Assembly: GCA_046861645.1 (NCBI GenBank)
Contig: JBHHUM010000062.1
Coordinates: forward strand, 1 to 12,109
Length of the DNA stretch: 12,109 nucleotides
Direction of reading: 5' to 3'
Origin: Fidelibacterota bacterium
GTDB taxonomy: Bacteria > Fidelibacterota > Marinisomatia > Marinisomatales > UBA2128
The notes below the pieces were generated by a model, which searched no databases, had not been told where the DNA came from, and was given only the letters and a program-made list of their open reading frames with translations. Positions 1 to 8,474 of this stretch are shown piece after piece. A program made the translations under genes and the position numbers. Positions within the stretch are counted from its first letter, which is position 1; the number at the start of each line of letters is the position of its first letter.

Positions 1-395
1 GCAACGCCTATGAAAAGAGGCGGAGATGATACCAGTATGACATCGAAACTGCTTCTCAATGAAATGCCAGTAATAATCGCAGAAATCAAGAACGACAAGT
101 AATTCAATAGCCGACGAATACTGGAGCGGTGAGAAGTAGCGAACACCCAAGTCCGTACGACTTTTACACCGTCCCGGTTTTCGGAGATCCGGAATTTACG
201 CCGGTACTCACTAGGAATATTACCTGAAGGGTAGTTGGGAAATCCCGTAAGTGTTGTCACTTGGTGCCCCAACTGAACCAACCAGCGGGCCAGGCCGTGC
301 CCCCTGGCCGCAGCTGCCCCCATTTCAGGAGGATAAAAGTGCGTCAAAAGTAGGATACTCAAATTTTTTTGCTTCTCTTCTGCAGACCTGTCCAT
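1..395 (-). CDS. Glycosyltransferase family 4, WbuB/WcaI-like (N-terminal part; runs off the left edge)
   Basis: Not in the ORF track; translated by hand from ATG at 395: MDRSAEEKQKNLSILLLTHFYPPEMGAAAARGHGLARWLVQLGHQVTTLTGFPNYPSG...VRTWVF...RRLLNYLSF...DVILVSSPPLFIGV. The YPPE.GA, GH.V..LTGFPNYP.G, R.LNY.SF and SSPPL motifs are typical of WbuB-like GT4 N-termini. An in-frame TGA at 411-413 bounds the start; TTG at 362 is an alternative start. Confidence 0.9.
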   Translation of the reverse strand, partial: MDRSAEEKQKNLSILLLTHFYPPEMGAAAARGHGLARWLVQLGHQVTTLTGFPNYPSGNIPSEYRRKFRISENRDGVKVVRTWVFATSHRSSIRRLLNYLSFLISAIITGISLRSSFDVILVSSPPLFIGV

Positions 396-489
396 TTCCA
401 ACGTTAAAGCTCAATTTGCAATCAACCGGCGGCAAATCTACAATACATTTTCTAATTGACCTTTCGATTTCCTGGTTTACCCGCTACCC

Positions 490-1725
490 CTAATCCAGCT
501 TCATAGTACAAAGGGCACGAATCCCTGTGTGAGCCGAGTCAAAACAAACCTGCTCACCGCTCCGGTCCCAGCGAGGATGAAGATCGCACCGCACATCGTG
601 TCGGTACTTCCAGGGCGATCTCAGTGCTGCCAGGTCCCAGCGCTTATTCTTTTGTAGATCGTACAAAATTAGATATTGAACCCTCCGATGGTTAGGGTAG
701 GTGTCTGTGATTACCCGATTGCCGTCTGGGGAAAACTGAGGGTGACCATCGGATGAAAAGTGCCCCCCTCCGAATATGTCAAAATCACTACTCTGATCAC
801 TGAATAGATAGTAACCACCACCCAATTCTCGAGTATAGGCATAAGCCAGAATAGTAGAGTCATCTTTCCAAGCAACATGTGTAACGGTACCTGCTGTGGG
901 GAAAATGAAAAGATCGCTGCCGTCCCTGTTGCACGATATCATCCTCGTCCACGTCTGACCATTTGGAAGCACCCAGCGGTGATAAAAGAGAAAGCGTACA
1001 TCGGATGGAGAAAAGAGACAATGAGTAAAGTAATGAAACCCCTTTTCCATGGAAGGTTCTGCGGATATTTTGGCAATATCAGCCACGGAAAACATGAACT
1101 GTGTTTCTCCTGTCTCAAGGTTAAGCAGAGTAATGCCTTCCTCTTCAGGAATAGGATTTTCTTCCTCTGGATCTATACCGTTGGCGTAACCATATGCCGG
1201 CGCAAATCTCCTCAAGCGGGCAAAGTTGTGACTCACAGCCCATTTGCCATCTCTACTTAAAGCCGCCACAGGGATAGGGAACCTCTCTATTTCATACCCT
1301 TCTTTATCTAGAATTCGTGAAATGTGCCTGTTTCCATCAAAGTCATTGAAGATAATAGTGGACATCTTTCCAACCCACTGCAGCATGGATCCCATCTGCC
1401 AGTTCCAGCAGTAAGTTTCTCCCAACGAAACAAACCTCTTGTTTCCATCTTCAGCGAAATAACCCACTTCGATTGATTCATCCGTCCGTGGCATTCTTAG
1501 AGGATCACGATATTTGTGTGCCAGCAACATAGTGCTGTCTGGAGACCAAGGACATTTGTCATGAAATCCATAAAAAAATCCTTCTCTTATTTGAATTGGA
1601 TACAGAGTATTCGATTTAGCCCCGGGGAGTAGAGAAAATAACAGTTGATAGGTATCAACAACCGTCTTCTTGAGACGAGGATATTGCTTCACTCTCTCGT
1701 ATATTATTCGCTCAAAATGTTTCAC
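490..1725 (-). CDS. Beta-propeller protein (TolB-like / oligogalacturonate lyase-like fold), polysaccharide-locus associated, function unknown
   Basis: 411-aa ORF with GTG start. Repeated propeller-blade motifs: PWSPDS, LSRDGK, FSPSDV, HPQFSPDG, HPRWDRSG..VCFDS. Also WNWQMG and ITDTYP motifs. No obvious signal peptide or TM segment. The ORF is confident; the function is not. Confidence 0.7.
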   Translation of the reverse strand: MKHFERIIYERVKQYPRLKKTVVDTYQLLFSLLPGAKSNTLYPIQIREGFFYGFHDKCPWSPDSTMLLAHKYRDPLRMPRTDESIEVGYFAEDGNKRFVSLGETYCWNWQMGSMLQWVGKMSTIIFNDFDGNRHISRILDKEGYEIERFPIPVAALSRDGKWAVSHNFARLRRFAPAYGYANGIDPEEENPIPEEEGITLLNLETGETQFMFSVADIAKISAEPSMEKGFHYFTHCLFSPSDVRFLFYHRWVLPNGQTWTRMISCNRDGSDLFIFPTAGTVTHVAWKDDSTILAYAYTRELGGGYYLFSDQSSDFDIFGGGHFSSDGHPQFSPDGNRVITDTYPNHRRVQYLILYDLQKNKRWDLAALRSPWKYRHDVRCDLHPRWDRSGEQVCFDSAHTGIRALCTMKLD

Positions 1726-1740
1726 AGAAGAACTACCCCT

Positions 1741-2733
1741 CTAAAAATATTTGGTATAGCCTAACTCTTCAGCCAATTGCCCACACTGGTTCTCAATAAT
1801 TTCTAAGTCCTTCTCACTGATTTTCCCTCTGTAAACAGTGTTTACATCACGTCGGAGCGGAAACCATCTGTCGCGGAAATGAGAACCAAAAGGTACCCGT
1901 TGGTCCTGCTGAGGAAGCATGTCTTTAACAAAATCCAGTTCAGCAAAATTGCATATTTCGCGTATCATGTCCAGGGGGGAGTTCAGAATCTTTTCCAGTT
2001 GAACAATCAACACACGAATCCCTAATCGGCTCATATCCTCTTGAACTGATTGTATACTGTTGCGCCAATGCTGAATACATAATTCCAAACGCTCCTCCCA
2101 TGATAGAAAATTAGCATAGCGCTTCATATCGCCAGCCTTCCCCATGGCAGCACGCGGGCACTCCACATAAGGATTCCTGGTCACAAGTATGTATTTGGGG
2201 TTACTCTCTCTTAGTAGTCTGTGAAGGAAAGATAGTCTGACAGTATAGACTTGACTCTTGTCCACAAATCTCCCCTGGACGTCCTTGCTGTATCGACCAA
2301 CAATGTATTTAATCACTTTCTTTAAACGGTATTCCAACTCTTCAGTCCAGTCATTTTCTGTTTTACGATAATCACTTAAAAGGGCATTAGAAGCATAGGA
2401 CCAACTCCTAGGAGGCGACAAGGTAGGGTGTGGAGGAGCCTTATGCTTTATTCCTGTGAGTTCAGCTGGTAATATTGCACCCATGACGTTCTGCATTTCG
2501 TCAGCTCCAGACCAGTATCCACAATTACCAGTGACAGACACAACTTCCCTGTTGCGACGAAGAATTCTCGACACTAGTGTAAGTCCCCCACCTTGATTAC
2601 CTAAAAGAAAAATCGGACGATCTATTACTACATCCTTATAGAAAGAGAGATAAAACCGAGGATCAATCATCCAGTTGTTGCGGAGGAAGAGATACCATAT
2701 CTCATTCAGTAACCTCAAGCTATAACCCTCCAT
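1741..2733 (-). CDS. Sulfotransferase-fold protein (Sulfotransfer_3-like) with atypical PAPS-binding motifs
   Basis: 330 aa. DRPIFLLG....G.TLVSRIL (5'-PSB region), RFVDKS, KYILVTRNP (3'-PB region), LEKILNSP....REICNFAEL, and a C-terminal LEIIENQCGQLAEELGY motif all follow bacterial sulfotransferase architecture. Confidence 0.75.
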   Translation of the reverse strand: MEGYSLRLLNEIWYLFLRNNWMIDPRFYLSFYKDVVIDRPIFLLGNQGGGLTLVSRILRRNREVVSVTGNCGYWSGADEMQNVMGAILPAELTGIKHKAPPHPTLSPPRSWSYASNALLSDYRKTENDWTEELEYRLKKVIKYIVGRYSKDVQGRFVDKSQVYTVRLSFLHRLLRESNPKYILVTRNPYVECPRAAMGKAGDMKRYANFLSWEERLELCIQHWRNSIQSVQEDMSRLGIRVLIVQLEKILNSPLDMIREICNFAELDFVKDMLPQQDQRVPFGSHFRDRWFPLRRDVNTVYRGKISEKDLEIIENQCGQLAEELGYTKYF

Positions 2734-2827
2734 TTTAACTACCCACGCAATGGGTCACTATTACTGAACAAGTGAAAGTCAGCAGGAAAAGACTAAAGTA
2801 AGACTTGACTTGAGAGATTGCAGATCC

Positions 2828-4957
2828 TCACTTGGCAACAGATACAATTTTCAAGGTAGTTTGAGTCACCTCAAACATCTCCTCAATCGGAATGGGAGAA
2901 GTTTCTCCTTTCTCTACTGCCCTTATAAAGGCTTGCATACACTGTCTATGCCCCTTATCCTGGGATCTCAGTCTCATTCCTGAAAAACGGTGCCAACCAT
3001 AACCCCTTAGCTTGATGAAGTTATCCAGTTGGAGAATTCTACTACCGCAGAATACCTCAAGTCTTTCCTTAGGGAAACTCCTGTGCCCGTTGGCAAGATA
3101 ATGGATGCTCCCGAATGACCCATTTTCAAATTTAAGGGTTGTTGTTATCTTATCTCCACGTACAGAGCCTCCTGTTGGACCAATCTTTACTGCACTTACG
3201 TCCTTAATTGGACTGTGACTAAGATATCTGAGTAAGTCTACAAAATGGCACGCTTCCCCGATGATCCTACCGCCGCCCCTCTCAACATCATGCACCCAGT
3301 GATTATCAGGAACAGCGCCAGCATTCACTGTCATGATGAAGCTCATAGGCTGATGAACGGTTGTCAGTAATTTATTCATCTTTTCGATATGTGGGGCAAA
3401 CCTCCGGTTGAAACCTACCATCAGGAATGGGTTCTCTACCGATTCCAAGCCACTCTTAATCTCAAGCAGTTCCGCAGAAGAAAGTGCCAATGGTTTTTCA
3501 ACGAACACCTTTTTGCCTGCCTTTAGTGCTTGGACAACCAGTTCAGCATGAGTATCATGTTGTGTGGCAATAACCACTGTATTAATCTCACTATCATTCA
3601 TGACTTCTGTACTATCCGACGCAGCCTGTTCAAATCCGAACTTTCTTCCAAGGTGTGCTGAGTTTAAACCTCCAGCAGATACGATAGTTTTGAGTTTCGC
3701 CGATGTGCGTATAAGATTCGGAAGTAGAACTGAAGCAGCATAATTACCCGCTCCGATCATGCCAAGAATGACCTCTCCATCCTTACTAGTGACTGTTGGC
3801 TGGCTGAGTAGCGGTACAATACTTACTTGTTGATCCTTTTCCATATCCATTTTAGAAAATGTAAGAATGATCCCCAAAGAAGACTTGTCATCCATAAGTT
3901 TCTCGTATGCTGTGGTTGCCTCTAAGATTGTATAGCGATGGGAAATGAGGTCTGAAACATCTAATTTTCCTTGACGCATAAGATCAAGGACAGCTTCAAA
4001 GTTCCTTTTTTCAGTCCAACGAACGTAGCCAATTGGATAATCATGACCCTTCAGTTCGTAATTGTCGTCATATCTTCCGGGCCCATATGAACATGATACG
4101 TGAAACTGCAGCTCTTTCTCATAGAAGTCAGAACGTGAAAGTTCAAGGCCAGTAACCCCCACCAGGACAATTCTACCTTTCTTACGGCACATATTAGCCG
4201 CCTGATGAACAGGCTCACTGCTTGCTGTTGTCGCCGCAATGATAACACCATCTGCTCCTCTACCGCCAGTAATATCCGTAACTACCTCTACCGGATTCTC
4301 TCCTCGCGACAGGTCCACAATATCAGCACCAAAACTAGCTGCAATTTTAAGTTTATCTGGATCTACATCAATCGCTACTACGTGACAGCCGTTTGCTCCC
4401 AGCAATTGAACTGTAAGGAGACCAATTAATCCCACACCCACTACAGCGAAAGTTTCCCCTAAGGTCGGCTGTGACAGACGTACACCTTGGAGTGCAATCG
4501 ACCCAAGAACTGTGAAAGCGGCTTCTTCTGCAGATACTCCCTCAGGAATGCGGGTACACAGATTCTGGGGAACAGAGATGACCTCAGCGTGATAACCGTT
4601 TGAGGCCACCCTGTCGCCTACGTCAAACCCTTCCACGCCATCACCAACCGCTATTACTTTACCAGCCTGAGAGTACCCTAAGGGGAGGGGTTGATCCAGC
4701 TTAGTTCGAATTGCCCGAATTGTCGGCGACAATCCGTCTGTTTTTATTTTGTCAAGAACCTGCTTGACCTTATCCGGTTGCTGTCTTGCCTTTTTGATCA
4801 ATCCTGCTTTGCCAAATTCGAGGAGCATTCGCTCGGTGCCGATGGAAATAAGACTGGCCTCGGTCCGGATAAGCAAGTGACCATCCCCCACCTTGGGTTC
4901 GGGGACATCAATAAGTTGAGTTTCTCCGGTTTTCAGGTTTTCCACGACTTGTTTCAT
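2828..4957 (-). CDS. Bi-domain oxidoreductase (N-terminal MDR/alcohol dehydrogenase-like + C-terminal Gfo/Idh/MocA), WeeE-like
   Basis: 709 aa. N-domain: SLISIGTE, PLGYS, GDRVA, Rossmann GVGLIG, SCSYGPGRYD...YVRWTE. C-domain: IGAGNYA, IATQHDTH, VFVEKP, VGFNRRF, GGGRIIGEACHFVD. SD-like AAGGGA upstream of the ATG. Confidence 0.93.
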   Translation of the reverse strand: MKQVVENLKTGETQLIDVPEPKVGDGHLLIRTEASLISIGTERMLLEFGKAGLIKKARQQPDKVKQVLDKIKTDGLSPTIRAIRTKLDQPLPLGYSQAGKVIAVGDGVEGFDVGDRVASNGYHAEVISVPQNLCTRIPEGVSAEEAAFTVLGSIALQGVRLSQPTLGETFAVVGVGLIGLLTVQLLGANGCHVVAIDVDPDKLKIAASFGADIVDLSRGENPVEVVTDITGGRGADGVIIAATTASSEPVHQAANMCRKKGRIVLVGVTGLELSRSDFYEKELQFHVSCSYGPGRYDDNYELKGHDYPIGYVRWTEKRNFEAVLDLMRQGKLDVSDLISHRYTILEATTAYEKLMDDKSSLGIILTFSKMDMEKDQQVSIVPLLSQPTVTSKDGEVILGMIGAGNYAASVLLPNLIRTSAKLKTIVSAGGLNSAHLGRKFGFEQAASDSTEVMNDSEINTVVIATQHDTHAELVVQALKAGKKVFVEKPLALSSAELLEIKSGLESVENPFLMVGFNRRFAPHIEKMNKLLTTVHQPMSFIMTVNAGAVPDNHWVHDVERGGGRIIGEACHFVDLLRYLSHSPIKDVSAVKIGPTGGSVRGDKITTTLKFENGSFGSIHYLANGHRSFPKERLEVFCGSRILQLDNFIKLRGYGWHRFSGMRLRSQDKGHRQCMQAFIRAVEKGETSPIPIEEMFEVTQTTLKIVSVAK

Positions 4958-5007
4958 GAACTTATCCCTTTATGTCAAACAAGTATCTGTTCAGGCTCAT
5001 AATGACT

Positions 5008-6006
5008 CTATGCTATCTCTATTCCGAGGATGTTCTTCAAATCCGCTTTCCGTCTCTCTTCCGGGAAAAGTCTCTCGATTCTATCTCTTGCCAGTTGCCC
5101 CAGTTGACTCCGCAATATCTTTGCCCCGAGCAAGTGATCAACAGCGTCCGCGATCACCAACGGATCACTCTGTTCTAAAAGGATTCCGGCCTCTCCAACA
5201 ACCTCTTTAACAGCGCCCACATCGGAACTGATGACCGGTGCGCCACAACTCATGGCTTCTGCAATGGCCAGCCCGAAACCTTCGTACCTAGATGGCTGGA
5301 GGTAAATTGTGCAAGACTGCATATATCGAATCTTCTCCTTTTCACCAATATCTTGAATGAGCTCGATCAAACTACCTAGCCCGTTCTTACTCACCGCCTC
5401 TTGGAGTTTCTCGTATCCATTGCCCCGTCTTCCGGCTATAACGAATCTACATTTTCTACCCCGTTCAGCCAAAACTTTGGCTGCCGCAATGATATCCATG
5501 ATCCGTTTCCTTCTGATGATACCTTCAGTCATCCCAGATACGGTGAAAACGAGGGCATCATCGCGATTGTCACTGTAGCTATATTTGGTCACCTTCACTG
5601 TGTGGGGAGAGTAGAAGAGATTAGTTAGCCCCCAATCCTCCTTCAGCGCATCATATTCCCTCATCGATACCAGAACATTTACAGTAGCATCCCGAGCAGC
5701 GTATCTGATAAGCAATCTTTTCATCAAAGTCCTGTTGTCATAATCGTTCTCATATGCTGGACAACGATAGTTAAATGTGCCTGTTATTACTATCCTTTTC
5801 CGTAGAAGTTTCCCCATCAGTACGGGGAACGAGGCGTATGTCCACCACCAGATAAAAATGACCTCCGAACTCCAATCGATTTCCCGCCAGCGCGTTGCAA
5901 TTGTCAGTTCACACCCAAGTTCTTCCAGAATCTCTAAATCTTGTCGGTAAAACTCCACAACACCTAGAAGATCTCGTTCCACCCGGCAGAAGAAAGTAAC
6001 CTTCAT
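5008..6006 (-). CDS. Glycosyltransferase family 4 (GT-B, retaining)
   Basis: 332 aa with the EX7E motif PSRYEGFGLAIAEAMSCGAPVISSDVGAVKEVVG and the RRK / FVIAG elements of the Glycos_transf_1 domain. Confidence 0.92.
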   Translation of the reverse strand: MKVTFFCRVERDLLGVVEFYRQDLEILEELGCELTIATRWREIDWSSEVIFIWWWTYASFPVLMGKLLRKRIVITGTFNYRCPAYENDYDNRTLMKRLLIRYAARDATVNVLVSMREYDALKEDWGLTNLFYSPHTVKVTKYSYSDNRDDALVFTVSGMTEGIIRRKRIMDIIAAAKVLAERGRKCRFVIAGRRGNGYEKLQEAVSKNGLGSLIELIQDIGEKEKIRYMQSCTIYLQPSRYEGFGLAIAEAMSCGAPVISSDVGAVKEVVGEAGILLEQSDPLVIADAVDHLLGAKILRSQLGQLARDRIERLFPEERRKADLKNILGIEIA

Positions 6007-6061
6007 CTTTCCAGTCCTACTACAGAATCACCTTTGAATGATCTTCTTACTTCCCAAGTGA

Positions 6062-7351
6062 TTAACTTCGGAGCAAGGTTAATGAAAAATGTACCAATCC
6101 CCTCAACAATAAGTATACTGGAGGAATCACTAACATATAGAACGTCGCTTCATACGTCACCAGTTTGTTGAAGTACAAGTCGAAAAACGAAACGGTTAGA
6201 AACGCCATGATTAATCCATAGACAAGTTGTACTCCTATAGATTCTCTGACCCTTAGAGAAATTCCCCACAGAAAGTAGGAGAAAATCCCTAAGAAGAACA
6301 TATATACCCAAGCTAAGTACTTCCCGAGGTACATGTAGAGCATTCCGACAGCCCCGAAAATGTTTGCGGTGTGATGCATATCTGTATGATGCGATACCGG
6401 TACCCAGTTATGAATGATTATATCAATAAGGCTATGATCACCTGTCAAGAATCTATAAAGATTTATTGGCACTGCTATGATCTCCTGAGGACTGTATATG
6501 GGAAACCTGATATCAGTCAATATCTCGCTGAAAGCAATTGGACCTCCAAAAAGATATGTAAAAAAATGATTAAGAAGCCTAACATTAGTCCGGGCAGCAA
6601 AAGTATAATCTAATCCAACTACTAGAAAACCGATGTAATACGTTGCACTGAAAAGGATAAAAACAGTTAGAGAATATAGGAGTATTTTCCTGATGGAAAA
6701 TCGTATTATACCGTTCAACAGACAGAAGAAGTATGCCCCAAGTACAATTCCAAAAATATGATACTTCACTTGCCTGATTAAGATAATCAGGAATACAAGA
6801 ACAAGGAGTATAAGTATGTGTTTCTTTCGATTTAGAAGATAGTCACCCATAAGAAAAATAAAGGACAGCCTACTCAGGTTCTGAATATGGGATAACCACC
6901 CTGTTCCATAGGCTATGGCAAACTCCTCTGAACCAATGTTGACCCACCCTAACTCCCCTATCGAAAGTCGAAAATTGAGCAGACCTGATACAATCGCTAC
7001 GAGAGCGAGAAAGACGAACAGTGGCCTATAGATATCGAATAGTTGGCTTACGTTTTTAGCTGTATTGGCTTCTGGTTCAAAACTGCCATCGGATTTTCTG
7101 AACAGGGGAATAATCAGTTGTCCTCCAACTAGAAAGAAGGTGTAGCTAACTACAATAAATGTAATACTCTGAGGACTCACTGCAAAAAAACCAAACTGCT
7201 TGCCTAACAGATTGATCATCAAGACTACAACGGTATACGGCCAAACCATTACACCAAACGGAGTTACAGCTGTTCCATACCGAGATCGTTCCCAGTAACT
7301 GACTATAAAGCAGAAGGTAACAAGTATAAGTGGCCCTAGGAAGTCGCTCAT
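6062..7351 (-). CDS. wzy: Oligosaccharide repeat-unit polymerase (Wzy-like) integral membrane protein
   Basis: 429 aa with roughly 10-11 hydrophobic segments and a larger loop (YLFGGPIAFS...ANIFGAVG) late in the protein. It lies between glycosyltransferases in a wzx-containing operon. The call rests on topology and context, since Wzy sequences are poorly conserved. Confidence 0.72.
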   Translation of the reverse strand: MSDFLGPLILVTFCFIVSYWERSRYGTAVTPFGVMVWPYTVVVLMINLLGKQFGFFAVSPQSITFIVVSYTFFLVGGQLIIPLFRKSDGSFEPEANTAKNVSQLFDIYRPLFVFLALVAIVSGLLNFRLSIGELGWVNIGSEEFAIAYGTGWLSHIQNLSRLSFIFLMGDYLLNRKKHILILLVLVFLIILIRQVKYHIFGIVLGAYFFCLLNGIIRFSIRKILLYSLTVFILFSATYYIGFLVVGLDYTFAARTNVRLLNHFFTYLFGGPIAFSEILTDIRFPIYSPQEIIAVPINLYRFLTGDHSLIDIIIHNWVPVSHHTDMHHTANIFGAVGMLYMYLGKYLAWVYMFFLGIFSYFLWGISLRVRESIGVQLVYGLIMAFLTVSFFDLYFNKLVTYEATFYMLVIPPVYLLLRGLVHFSLTLLRS

Positions 7352-7382
7352 TTAACTACCTGTTTAAATGACATTGTAGCTA

Positions 7383-8474
7383 TCATCTTTCATTGAACAA
7401 CTCTTTTGCCTGAAAAAAATCTTCACTTGTTACTGAGTCTTTTCTTGTGGAATAATCTATAAGTAAGCCGGAAAATTTAAGTATTCTTCGTAATGGAACC
7501 CCATGGCGGATACGCAGCATGGGGATAATATAAGCGAGCGAGAATATTCTCCACACTTTCCAGTAGAGAGGGCGATAGTGTTCCTTCAGATCGATAAATC
7601 TATTCAGATGATGAATGAAGGCGCTGGGAAGGGCGTCATCTCTGAACACCGATTCTTTGGCTTGAGACACTTTATGAAAGATTCGGGCCTGTGGCACCGC
7701 CGCCATGACGATACCCTCTCTTTGCATCCGTAAGCTGAACTCATAATCCTCTTCACCCAAGAAGAACTGCTCCGATAGCAATCCATACTTCCTAAAAATA
7801 TCAGCTCGAGCCATAAGAGCGCACCCTGTAATGAAGCTGATTTCACAATGACCGACCGGACACTGATCAGCTTTCTGATTACGATGGTAATAGTTACGGC
7901 TGCCCCACCAGGTAAGTTTTCCACCACAATTCCAGACATTGTCTGGCTCATCGTAATAGCAAATCATCGGGGTCACTACCGCATACTTCTTATTCTCCTC
8001 TATAAAGTTCGAAAGGATCTCGAGACAATTGGCTGCCACCGTAGTATCATTGTTAAGTAAAAAGATTTTATCATAATTTTTGTTAAGTGCATAATGGATA
8101 CCAACATTATTCCCCCCTGCAAAACCTAGATTTTTACTATTCCTTATGAGAACAAAATCCGGCTGCTCGCTTCCATCACTAATTGCCTCTTCTATTTTCC
8201 TGGGGATTTGTGATTGTTCAATCTCAACTATCCTCAGAGTTGTTCTCCATTGCTTACCAGATGAAGGTGGGACAGTTCCCGATCCTTCAGCCCATTTCCT
8301 GATCTTTTTTAAAGAACCATCAGTGGAACCGTTGTCTACAACAATAAAGGTAAAGTCTTTATATGTACTCTTTTTCAGTGATTCCAGGCACTCTATCGTG
8401 TCCCGCCAGCCGTTCCAGTTAAGCAGGATGACCGCCAAGTTCTTTCTTATCTCTTGCTGTCCCAAAACTGTCAT
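7383..8474 (-). CDS. Glycosyltransferase family 2 (GT-A)
   Basis: 363 aa: VILLNWNG..DTIECLESL, VVDNGSTDGS, NLGFAGGNNVG, LLNNDT, ITGCALM, FFLGEEDYEFSLR, IFHK. The start overlaps the wzx stop (TAATG at 8472-8476) and is preceded by AGGAGG. Confidence 0.93.
   Translation of the reverse strand: MTVLGQQEIRKNLAVILLNWNGWRDTIECLESLKKSTYKDFTFIVVDNGSTDGSLKKIRKWAEGSGTVPPSSGKQWRTTLRIVEIEQSQIPRKIEEAISDGSEQPDFVLIRNSKNLGFAGGNNVGIHYALNKNYDKIFLLNNDTTVAANCLEILSNFIEENKKYAVVTPMICYYDEPDNVWNCGGKLTWWGSRNYYHRNQKADQCPVGHCEISFITGCALMARADIFRKYGLLSEQFFLGEEDYEFSLRMQREGIVMAAVPQARIFHKVSQAKESVFRDDALPSAFIHHLNRFIDLKEHYRPLYWKVWRIFSLAYIIPMLRIRHGVPLRRILKFSGLLIDYSTRKDSVTSEDFFQAKELFNER

Noticed and set aside
251..493. 80-aa plus-strand ORF
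   Set aside because: It is antisense to the hand-translated WbuB-like GT4 (1-395) and has no recognisable motifs.
2755..2763. Tandem TAA-TAG-TGA on the minus strand upstream of the sulfotransferase-like gene
   Set aside because: No real ORF ends there (another in-frame stop lies at 2779-2781), so it is probably chance.
364..7419. Several A7/T7 homopolymer runs (e.g. 364-370, 6560-6566, 7184-7190, 7413-7419) as possible phase-variation tracts
   Set aside because: They are short, expected at this AT content, and all reading frames are intact.
8160..8300. About 40-aa insertion in the GT2 between the DNGS and NLGF motifs
   Set aside because: It is in frame, has no intein or mobile-element hallmarks, and variable loops at this position are common in this GT2 subgroup.
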